DNA of 64,000 nucleotides, taken from assembly GCA_002269645.1 (NCBI GenBank), contig NIVC01003619.1:1-64000 (forward strand), given 5' to 3'. The number at the start of each line of letters is the position of its first letter. Within the stretch, counting starts at the first letter, position 1. Under the pieces are notes generated by a model that made no database searches, was not told where the DNA came from, and saw only the letters and a program-made list of their open reading frames with translations. This document shows, in pieces, positions 24,499 through 35,194 of this stretch. This DNA comes from Macrostomum lignano (lineage: Eukaryota). Position numbers and translations under genes: made by a program.

Positions 24499-25351
24499 GG
24501 ATGACGATCATTGCTCATCATTCCATGAAAGTTGAAATCTCTGGAAACAGTTTGTTCTATCATTTTAAGAACTTCCAAATTTTATTTATATAAAACAATT
24601 TTAAGGTGATTGTCATTCAAAACCAAGAGATTGCAAACAAAATGCCTATATCATGTTTTGTAGCAAAATATTAAAGCCGGAGAACCATTCGCATTCTTTA
24701 ACATTTGTTTAAGATTTAAGTAATTATACTTATATGCCTAGTTTAACTCAGAATTTTAAATTGGCCTAGCCTTGTCTTATCCTAGGGCAGGCAGATACTC
24801 AGCATGTATCACATTTTGCATTTAAATGAAAATTTACACACACCTCATTTTAATACACAAACTATTAGTAATTTAAATGTCGGTCACTAGTCAGATCATT
24901 ATATTCCATTTCGTCATATTGGATGACGAAGTGACCCAGAAGCAAAGCAGCTTTGAAAAATAATATGATGAAGTGACCAAATATTTAGTTATGCTGGATA
25001 CTTCGTCATCAAACCAATAACCTGTGTGAGATTCGAGTTAGTGTAATAAACTATATTTTGTTTTTTATTAACTAAGCTGTGGCAAGCAGAACCGATCGAT
25101 TGACAGGGGCAAGCAGAACCGATCGATTTACAGGTTTTATATCAATCGAGATGACAAAATGACTGGGATCATTAGGATTCCAAGTAAATGTTTAATTGCC
25201 ACAATGATTCACTTGGAACTAATTAAATGATTATTGGTGGATGACGAAATGACTCTCTTCAGGTAATGCATGCTATACTAATTAAGATGACGGTGTCCCT
25301 AGTCGAGGTAAGCACCCCAGACACCCCCAGATGACGAAATGACTAGGAACC
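24499..25351. other. Cluster of ~8 GATGACGAA(A/G)TGAC motifs in both orientations; probable transposon subterminal repeats
   Basis: Copies near 24500, 24909(-), 24921, 24967, 25001(-), 25148, 25239, 25286 and 25329. Confidence 0.5.
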
Positions 25352-27059
25352 TAAATGTCAATAAAGGCGCACAAAATTAGACAGTAATAAACTTTCCTAT
25401 ATTTTAAATGCAATTTTAGGGCCGAATTGAGCAAGCGGGCAGCTAACGCTAAAGTCAACACTTCCTTATTAGTAGCCCAGATATTGTGTGAGAACCATCA
25501 CCTTTCCAAGAATAACTGTGTCAAAAAGGTGTACTATGGATGAAACGAAGCATGACGCAAATTTCGATGCTGTATTAGTCTATAAATTTATGTATGCGAA
25601 CAAAATTTTATATTTATTACAAGTTGAAAAATATTCTAACAAAATGTTTTGTTTTGTTTTTTTGATAACGGCATGTTAAGCACAATGCATGCGTGCACAT
25701 TACAATGATTTGACAGATGGCTGGTTTCAGTTTGCAAAAAATTATGTGATAGTTGCCTGGTATGGCATTTCCTAAGCGGGATTTGGGCTTGGCAAGCAAA
25801 ACATGTTTTGCTGCAGTTGAATGCTGGTGTAAAGTCAAAATGCCTTTTGTGTGAAGGAAAAGCTTGTCTGGCACAAATTGCAAGCTGCTTCTCAAGGCAG
25901 CTTCCCCAGAGAGCACCAGCTTCCAATCTCTTGGCCATTCTTGTTGCACTTTTTAGCCACTCTGGATTCCATTGAGTTTAACAAATTTTTGTAGGCTTAA
26001 GATAGAGCTGAAATTATCATGGTATTATAATAACTGAACAATTAAGACCTAGACCTGCTCTGCCAAAAACATTGAGGTCTGAAGCATTGACTTTTGCACT
26101 TATGTTGCACTACTAAACTATGCACTTGCACAGAAGAGAAAGTAGCAGTTATTGGTTGTAAAGGAGACAGTAAAATAGCCAAAAGTTGCAATACACATTG
26201 CTTTTTTAACCATTGAGCAAAGTCAATTGTCAATTCTCTTAATAGAACTTTGCAAGTAAATTTTTTTTGAACAAATCATGGTCACAGTCACATATTCAAC
26301 AAAAAATTCTATGCAGAAAAAACACAAAAAGTGCAGGTGTGGCAACACTGCTTTTATGGTAGACTTAGAGCCTTTTTAAAGTGGTTAGATTGTCCTTAGA
26401 CTAGGCCCTATCTCATGTTGCAAGCTATGGTGAAATAATGCTTTTGCTTTATGCTGTTTGTAGCCATATAATACTTTATAATTTAATTTTCTTAGCCTTG
26501 CTCATTTTTAGCCTTTCATTTTATTAGACATATTAAAGTCTTGCTTTTATGCATATAGGTAATGGTACAAGTAGACCCTAGCTTCTATAACATATTGATT
26601 TTTAGACTAGATAAATAGTAGTAAATTGGTAATAGAATTCAGGCATAGCTACCACCATTAGATCTTTGTCCTAGCACTCAAGTTGAAATGGATAGGTGTT
26701 ATCCATTTCTTTGTTGCTTCTAGCTACCATTGGTTTAAGATTATAACAACTCAAATGAGGCATTGTCAGTTCAAGGTCTAGAAGTGTACCATACTCTGGC
26801 ATTGTCTTAAATCTGGGCAGTTGTAGGCACTACGTCGCACTAGGCAGGAAGTACAAGCTGCCGACTTACAAATTCTCTTTGTAGATAGTTGTAAATTCTA
26901 TGAATTCTATGAATTCTATGAATTTACAACATATTTGCATAGTCAAATATATAATAATGTTACACATTATACATTATATATCAATGCACATTGGGGTTGG
27001 ATGCAGATATATAAATAGTAATGGCATAGGAGGGTCTGACCTCTACTATATAAGCTCAG

Positions 27060-27275
27060 AAGGGATGCCTTCCCTCTGGCCACCCTGATGTTACATGACC
27101 CAACTGAGCCCCTGCACTGAGGCCAAGCCCACATCACCACCCTGTGGTGGGCCACACTGATAAAGGACTTGCTGAGCATTGGCCTATCTACCTTTGACCA
27201 CCACTAACTGTTCCCCAGCCTGTTAAAACTGTGTGCTTGCTAGAATTGGCTAGTGTCATTAATAATAATAATAAC
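27060..27275 (+). mobile_element. Possible 3' end of a truncated RTE-like LINE
   Basis: Frame reads H*GQAHITTLWWATLIKDL..IGL, similar to LINE ORF2 C-terminal GRP.TTW...KDL..GL, followed by (TAA)n at ~27260. Confidence 0.3.
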
Positions 27276-27697
27276 TATAGTTAATGCACTAACACTAATG
27301 TACTATATATATTGTATAATGCATTATTGTAATGCATTTAATAGCCTATAACAAACTACTTAAGCTCTATTCCAAAAAATCTTGGCTCATTAGGGTTCTA
27401 ATGTCTTCCTAGTGGCATGACTCCTTTTAGATTAGGGCCCAAGCCTAGCATTCCCTTTGCTTGCCACTCTATAAGGTATAAGACAGAAGGGAGTGGAGTA
27501 GGCATGCTGTTGGTCTGATTTTATATATTAAAAGCACAAGAGCTTCCCCACTCTTCTCCACAAGTTTTTCCTCATTTTTGTCACTTGAACATTAGTCCTG
27601 ATCTCCACTGGAGTTGCTACTTTTTTATAACATATAAGCTTCCTTGTCTTCAAATCTTATTTCAGATTTTTGCTGAGCCAAACACTAGTGCTGGTCA

Positions 27698-28909
27698 ATG
27701 GCTCATATTGTCAAGTCTGTGAAGGTGAGCGCATGGTTTTCAATTTGCTTTGACAAATCCAGATGTTAACATATTTTTCCTGCTACCATTAGTAGTCTGT
27801 TGGGCTTTGCTCTGTACGCACAATTTGACAATCATTTTTGCAGGGTCTCCGCGTGCTGGTGACGGGCGGTGGCTCCGGCCTGGGCAGCGCCACGGTGAAA
27901 CGGATGCTGGAGGGCGGCGCCCGCGTCATCGCTTGCGACCTAGCCGGCGAGGACAGCCTGCCGAAGGGCGCCGTCTTCCAGAAGACCGACGTCACCTGCG
28001 AGAAGGAGGTTGGCGCCGCACTAGCCGCCGCCACCAAGCAGTTCGGCGGCCTGGACGTCGCCGTCAACTGCGCTGGCATCGGCGTCGCCCAGCGCACCTA
28101 CAATTGGAACAAGGACGCCGTGCACCCGTTGAAGGAGTTCGCCAGGGTGCTGGAGGTGAACGCCTGCGGCACTTTTAATGTGTGCCGGCTGGCCGCGCAG
28201 CTCATGGCCAAGAATGAGCCGAACGAAGACGGCAGCCGTGGCGTGCTGGTGAACACCGCCTCGGTAGCAGCCTTCGACGGCCAGGTGGGCCAGGTCGCCT
28301 ACTCAGCCAGCAAGGGCGCCATCGTGGGCCTCACGCTGCCCATGGCCCGCGACCTCAGCCCCATCGGCATCCGGGTGGTCACCATTGCACCGGGTGAGGA
28401 AACTGATTGCAGTGGCTTTGGAATTGTAGTTAGTGACTGGGTTCTGGATGCTCATTTGGGATACTCATTCAGGTGATTGGGAAACTCATTCAGGGATTTG
28501 GGATACTCATTCAGGTGATGGGAAACTCATTCAGGGATTTAGGATAGTCATTCAGGGATTGGGATACTCATTCAGGGATTGGGATTTGGGAAGCTCATTC
28601 AGGTGATTGGGAAACTCATTCAGGGATTTGGGAAACTCATTCAGGGGTTTGGGATACTCATTCAAGGATTGGGATACCTCGCTAGTTGATGACTGGCGCT
28701 GCACCCCGTACTCTGCAGGCCTGTTCGACACGCCCCTGCTGGCCAAGCTGCCAGAGAAGGCCCGCAAGCTGCTGGCGGCTAACGTGCCGTTCCCACAGCG
28801 GCTGGGCGACCCTGCAGAGTACGCGCACCTGGTAGAAGCCATCGTCACTAACCCCATGCTGAATGGGGAGTGCATCCGGCTGGACGGAGCCCTCCGGATG
28901 ATGCCTTGA
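27698..28909 (+). CDS. HSD17B10: 3-hydroxyacyl-CoA dehydrogenase type 2 (HSD17B10/scully); exons 27698-27724, 27844-28393, 28719-28909
   Basis: MAHIVKSVK|[47 protein letters not shown]|[23 protein letters not shown]; splice phases are consistent. Confidence 0.96.
28450..28675. repeat. ~21-22-bp degenerate minisatellite (GGGAWACTCATTCAGGKGATT) in HSD17B10 intron 2
   Basis: About 10 copies visible. Confidence 0.88.
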
Positions 28910-29700
28910 GTTCATGATCAATCTGACAGATTCACCCGGTAAAATCATGCCGCCCCCGCTCTAATTGTCGCTGCCCAAATTTTGAACGGGCAGCTTTTGC
29001 TCTCGGTTTTGTTATTACGAATTCGCGTTCCAATCTTTTTGCAACCTACGAAATAAACACAAATTCTATTGCGATTGGCGGATGGACAGTTTTAATTGTC
29101 AAAAAATCCAGTTGCTTCCAGCAACAGCAAGGCGAGAACTCGCTAATTCTGCATTTATTGTATTTGCGCCAGCGATGCGGCAGGTTAATTAGCAGGCAAT
29201 TAATAATCTGGAAAATATAAAAAACGGCATGAATTTGATCATAAATAGCCACTAACAATTGAGCATAAAAATCACTACTACTCATAGTAGTATGCGCAGC
29301 TTACGAGGGCAGAAACTCGTGTAGAAAATCTCAAACATAAAATAGACCATTGTGACCTGCAGCCTGACTGGAGAGAAAAGCGCCGAGACCTCTTGAGAAT
29401 ATCTTGACAACTGAGAACATTACGAATAAGATTAGGATAATCATTAGTGTGCAGAGGGATAAAAACAGCCGCTCTCGCGTACAGTACCAATTGTACAGGC
29501 TGGCGTGCATGCAAATTCTGTACAGGGTTTTAGGCGATTTTATTAAATTGTTAATATATTCTGACAGACACAAGTTCAAAGCATTGGGAATTCAGAGCAC
29601 AATAAGAAAATGCGTGCACAAAAATCTCACTGCAGAGCGTTGCAGTTCTCAAGGCTTTATCAAATAATGAAGCCAAGGCATAAAAACTAACTGGAAAGAG

Positions 29701-30017
29701 GCACACCTCAGCATCATCTGAACAGAAACACGTACACCAGCATGAGCACACCTGAGCACCATCTGAACAGGAACACGTACACCAGCATGAGCACACCTGA
29801 GCACCATCTGAACAGGAACACGTACACCAGCATGAGCACACCTGAGCACCATCTGAACAGGAACACGTACACCAGCATGAGCACACCTGAGCACCATCTG
29901 AACAGGAACACGTACACCAGCATGAGCACACCTCAGCATCATCTGAACAGAAACACGTACACCAGCATGAGCACACCTGAGCATTATCTGAACAGGAACA
30001 CGTACACCAGCATGAGC
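29701..30017. repeat. 45-bp tandem repeat, 7 copies, overlapping the last codons and stop of the GOSR-like gene
   Basis: The minus-strand unit encodes LMLVYVFLFR followed by TAA, TGA or TGG. Confidence 0.95.
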
Positions 30018-30715
30018 ATCAGCAGACAGCCGGCTCCAACGCAGGCTGTGGCTGCCTCGCGCGGACGCCGAGGCGCCCGTAGGTGCCGTCGCCGTCGCCA
30101 GCCAAGAACTCGCCGCAGGAGGTCCTGGGGGCAGGGCCAGGGCAGCTGTTGCTGCCGATGCGAAGGCGACATCAGCGGTGATTCGGCAGATTCGTCTGGG
30201 TCAGCACAGACGCCGATGTCAATCAGGGTGGCGTCCTGTCGCAGCTTGGAAGCCCCTGTCTGCTGCGGCGGTGGAGACGGCGGCGGCGAAGTCGGGTCGA
30301 CCCCGAAGTCGCCCGCATTTGCCGCCACGGAAGAGGCAGCTGCGACGGCGGCTGCGGCGGCGGCTGTGGCAGCAGCCCAGCAGCGGCGCCCAATGCGGAG
30401 CCACTCGCGCCGATACTCGTCCAGGGTGTCCCGATGCCGCTGCAGCTGCCACTGCCGACCCCAGCTGCCCCTAGCCGTGTTGGCGGTGGCAGCGGCCATG
30501 TGCTGGTGGCAGGCCTCCAGCTCTGCCAGCAGCCGCTCCACCTCGGCGTCGTGCGAGTCGCCCTCCTGACCGCCCCCGTGGCGCCGGCAGCTGGCCAGCT
30601 CCACCAGCTGGCGGTCCAGCGCTGACTCCAGCTGGCGAGCCCGGCGTCTGGCAGCCTCCCAGGCGGCGCTGCCCTCGCCATTGGCAAAGCTGCTTGCAGC
30701 GTTGGCTTGGCGCAT
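29984..30715 (-). CDS. Divergent, intronless GOSR1/Gos28-like tail-anchored protein, 243 aa
   Basis: WEAARRRARQLESALDRQLVEL and LQRHRDTLDEYRREW match the Gos28 N-terminal helical bundle; basic stretch then C-terminal TM (CVGAGCLLMLMLVYVFLFR*). The central region is Ala/Pro/Ser-rich instead of a SNARE heptad. Confidence 0.7.
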   Translation of the reverse strand: MRQANAASSFANGEGSAAWEAARRRARQLESALDRQLVELASCRRHGGGQEGDSHDAEVERLLAELEACHQHMAAATANTARGSWGRQWQLQRHRDTLDEYRREWLRIGRRCWAAATAAAAAAVAAASSVAANAGDFGVDPTSPPPSPPPQQTGASKLRQDATLIDIGVCADPDESAESPLMSPSHRQQQLPWPCPQDLLRRVLGWRRRRHLRAPRRPREAATACVGAGCLLMLMLVYVFLFR

Positions 30716-30829
30716 TGGCTGGCTGGAGGGAGAGGCGGCTGCTGGCGGGAAAGAAAGTTGGCTTGTGTGGGCTCGGCGGCAGGAAGTGAGAATGAAATCA
30801 GCTGCAGCTTTGAAGCTTTGGGTTCAACA

Positions 30830-32900
30830 CCTTGGTACTTAGGAGAAGATAGTAAATCATAGTAAGTCTTAATATGATAATAACTGCATATCAAATTCAT
30901 ATTTTTCATTTCTATAGTCCCCTAAATCTCTATTTTAATACTTACATTAAGCATTGGGGGCAATCTAGACAAAATTTGCACATGGCTAAATGTGTTACAG
31001 GAAAAAACATTGTGGACAATGTTTGGTAGACCAGCTTGGCAAGCAATTCACTGGCAGTAAAATTGCACTATGGAAAATCTTGGTAGGCAATTTGTCTGCA
31101 GGCAATTCTTATGGACCTAGTCTTAATATATTTATAGTTTGAAACCACCTTTAGATAACTCTAACTTCCATAAAAAACAACAATAGTCATACAAGCATTT
31201 TCTCTTAGGCATTATTTAAACAATATTACAATCTTTATATAATATCCTATAATCAAGCTGAATATAAAAATGGAGCTATAAGTTCTTGCAGTTTTCTAAA
31301 ACAGATTATTATACTTCTTTAACAGCAGAAATAAAGTATCCTATCAATAAAGCAATTGATAATGCATAACCATTTAATAATGCTTAAAAAACTGTATCTT
31401 AACATTGCTTTATTTAATTAAAATTATCTTGGTATAATAAATGATGTCCCTCCTATCAAAATCAAAGGCTATGCATAATGCAATTAATTTGTGTTAGGCT
31501 ATCAAGCTTTAAACCTTAAGCTTAAATAGATACAATAAAGCCAAGAAGACAAGGTGGCAACTGCTTACCAAAAAATTATTAGGGGAAAGGAGCATTTCTT
31601 TCCTAATTTTTTAATAGTATAATAATATTAATAACCATATTATACTATAATATACTTATACCAAAATATCAAAAAGGTTTTTTATTAAAAAATATTCAAG
31701 TTTGCTCTTATCTTAGTCTTATGATTTTTATCTTGTCCTTCTAAATCTAATATTTTATTCTTTCACTATATTTGGACCTAAACCCTATAGCTACTATAAT
31801 AATTCAATATTATCTAGTCTAGGTATCTAATAATATACTAAAAAGTATATATTTTTTCAATTAGGCTAAGATTTAAAAATCTAAATATTTCTATATTAAA
31901 ATTTTAATTTTAAATACTTTTCAATGAATGACTATATATAAATTATATGATATATATAGCATTGGTTAATAACTAAACTTAGGTTTCCTTAAAATCAATA
32001 TAGGCCTTAAGCCTAGCTGCTAGCTAAATTTCTTTAGATTTTACTAGATTAGGGTACAAAATACTATGGGTTAGGGTTAAGATGTTTATATCCTTTGGGA
32101 AACATAGTCCATAGATAGGCCTAGCCTAGATCTTGCATACAAACCTTAGAGATTTAGTATATTTAGATATCCTTTGGGAAATATAAATAGGCCTAGCCTA
32201 GTATAATTTACTTATATATTATAGCTTTATTTATAGTATTTAACCTTTTGCACATTGTCATATTTGTTACACAATGGTATAACTTGTATTACCTAGACCT
32301 AGTTGTAGGCATATACTGATATGCAGTAGGCTTATGCTTTTAGTTATGTGCTTATTTTTTTCTGCCTCTGCCAGCTAGTAGGTAGTAGCCAGTAGGCCTA
32401 GCCCTACATTAAAAATAAAATGAATTTAATAGGGGGCCTATTGTAGGATAAACATAGCAGCAGATTTAGAGGGGAGGCGCACAGGGTGCCTTCCCCCATT
32501 GAGTTTGATTTTTTTGATTTTTATATGGAAAATACACTTTATCATATACATACTTGTACATGATATGAATATATATATGTACCTTAGTAGTCTGCACCCC
32601 CTGTTCAAAATTTTCTGGATCCACTACTGGATAAACAGTATTTTATTTACAGGTCCCCCAGATAGCTAAAATCTCAATGCATTAAAATATGGATTTCTTC
32701 CACTGTTCTCTGTTCTTCATATAAAATTTCATCATAGTGAAAGCATACTGCCAAAATTTCATGTTATTTTTGTCCTGTTTTCGAATGTCTTGTTGTGGTT
32801 GTTAACTGTGAAAAGTGATAGGCCTAGGCCTAATGAGGTACAGGCATATTGTTTATCGCTGTCACTGTGCCTAAGAATATGATACGATACTAATCATCTG
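30830..32900. other. Second AT-rich, CpG-free, TpA-rich domain
   Basis: No CpG found by eye in 30841-32460; many CTA/TAG trinucleotides. Confidence 0.85.
32455..32629. mobile_element. hAT-type MITE, C-to-T decayed
   Basis: 8-bp TSD GATAAACA (32447-32454, 32630-32637). TIRs read inward as TAGCAGCAGAT and CAGTAGTGGAT; both derive from CAG(C/T)GGCGGAT by C>T/G>A changes. Confidence 0.75.
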
Positions 32901-34184
32901 AATGCTTAGCCACAAAGCCGCTTATCTAGGAATGATGCAGGCCAAACCTGAATTGGAAATTTTATGCGCACGTCGAAATCTGCCTATATTTTGCTTTGAA
33001 ATATTGCATGATAGGTTTTCAGCTCTCTGGAAGGATTTATTGGGTTCACCGCCGGTTTCACCCCCCCCCCAAAAAAAAATAACAAAAATCGCCCTCCTGA
33101 TGTCCAGGGGCAACGCGCAGAGCCAAAAATCTAGGCGCATCTCTAGTTTTACTTGCGCTATCGATTATATATATTTCCAACCCTTAAAAATAAAGTTAAA
33201 AATCCGGTGAACCCAACAGCCGGTGAATTCAGTAGTTAGTTAAATTTCGATGAATTTTGCACGACAGAAATTCTTGTTTAAATTTATTTGAATTGGAAAA
33301 TAACTAAATAACGATCTCGCTAATTGACGACAAGCGGGATGATAGACCAATTTTATCTAAGAGCCAACCTTAATGTGAATTCTTTTGAGAAACGGGCTCT
33401 TAAATCAGGCCTGTTTTTTTGAGGCGCAATTTAAATCAAATGAGTCGAATGACATTATATACGCGTACAATGCCAAGAACGCACTCCAATATAAAGGGAA
33501 GGGGTGGCAGGCTGGCAGCAGCAGGCTACATGAGACAAACTCCGATGGGACGGCAGCAGCAGATGAGACACACTTCAAAGGGGCGGCGCAGCAGCAGATG
33601 ACGCGACGAGACGCACTCTGAAGGGTCGCGGGCGGCAGTAGCAGATGAGACGCACTCCGAGGGTGAATTAAATATTCATCATTAAACTTAAAAGAAGTTA
33701 AAATTTTTAAGTAACACGCATGTATTATGATGGTTTCAACATCCAAATTTTAATTTGAGCAAAATTTTAAAGCAGTCCAGCCGGGGCAAGCATGATACGA
33801 GCAGTGCGCGCGCTTCTCTCATGTTGATTAAATTGAATTGAATAAAGTGTACATTTTAATCCTGATGCAAGGCTTGTGGTTGTGACTCATGCTTCTGGAT
33901 TGATCATGACATTTTTGATTGGAATCCCGTTAGAATGGTCAAACTCGCAGTTATCGACCTCGCTTATGTTCTTGCAAAAAAAGATTCTTGAGTGCGTGTA
34001 GCTAAATTGTCCAAGCTCTTCCGAGGGCCGCGACCGCGATGAATATGAATGAGACTAATCTGTGTGGCATTGCAGCGAATTGAAATTAAAACCGAAACAG
34101 GAAAAAACGTTGACTAAAGAAAATTTGGGATGAGAACATATACAGGCAGTTCAATAATTGCATGTCTGGCTTGTGCCTCTTCAC

Positions 34185-34366
34185 CAGGGGCGGCGGAGCC
34201 TAATATTTGAGGGGGGCACCGGGCACAGGGCAAGGGGGACACAGGTACCTTTATAAGCTGCTAATTAAGACCTAAAATCAGAAAAAACACTAAAAATTAC
34301 CGCGTGGACTCATTTTCTGGGGGGGGGGGCACGTGCCCCCGGTGCCGCAAGCTCCCGCCGCCCATG
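34185..34366. mobile_element. hAT-type MITE, intact
   Basis: 8-bp TSD CTCTTCAC (34177-34184, 34367-34374); TIRs CAGGGGCGGCGGAGC and CATGGGCGGCGGGAGC. Confidence 0.85.
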
Positions 34367-35194
34367 CTCTTCACACAGCTTGAGTGGTCAAACAGGCCTA
34401 GGATATAGAGCTCAGCTTAAGGCCACATTGTCTTGCATAAGGGGGCTCCCATTCGGTGGGGGGTGGGGCTGCCGATTTTGGTGCACATCTTTGCCCCATG
34501 ACAAGTTGAAAGGAGACAGGGAAAATCGATACGGAGAGTTTAAAGAAAGGGAGAAATGGCCACGAAAGCCGGAGAACAAGGAGGCGGGGAGACCAGACAG
34601 ACTGCAGGAGGCCCCGCCCGGCTGAGCGCAGACCCAGCCAACCCCAATTGGAGAGGCAGAGCCGGGGGTGGGGCGCCGATTTATACCGGCCGGCCTCATC
34701 TCGCCAGGGCCCAGGAGGGGCTTCCCCCCAGCCAGTCATTTGTGATTCAGCGAGGCCCCACCCTCCCAAAGCCCCCCTGCCTTATATACTGCTGCGTGTG
34801 GCGCTTTCGGGACCGGTTCTGTCAGGAACAGCTGAAGGAGCATTTCCTATCTATTATTGGTTTAGTCAGCTCAGCGAGTCATCACACAAAGGTAAGGTCT
34901 GCTTTTATGCTGGTCTGAAATTGTACGCTGTCTTTTTGTTCTTTTCTTCAATTAGAAAATTCACGATCCGATGAGAAGCCTTTTTCGTCCTGACTTTCAG
35001 CGCGGATGCTAAAAATGAATTTTCAAATTATTGTGTCTCATTGAAAGACTTCTTTAAAAATCTCCAGGCTCAAGCAAAATCAGAGTCAGGGCCACTGTTA
35101 AAAAGGATCACAGTTCTGATCTGATCCTCTGCTCCTCATCAATCCCAGTCCTCATCAATAGTCCTCATCAGTCATCAATCCTAGTCCAAGTCAC

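Larger units (their letters stand above)
17700..27800. other. AT-rich, CpG-depleted domain made of decayed transposons, between the divergent GPCR and HSD17B10 genes
   Basis: No CpG found by eye in 18121-19080; CpG is rare throughout except in a few inserts; flanking exons are CpG-rich. Confidence 0.85.

Noticed and set aside
33040-33216. 12-bp inverted repeat TTGGGTTCACCG...CGGTGAACCCAA as a MITE
   Set aside because: No target-site duplication found and no second copy in the window.
33480-33665. Degenerate CAGCAGCAGATGAGAC repeats as a poly-Q exon
   Set aside because: Short, with no splice context or homology; treated as a decayed tandem repeat.
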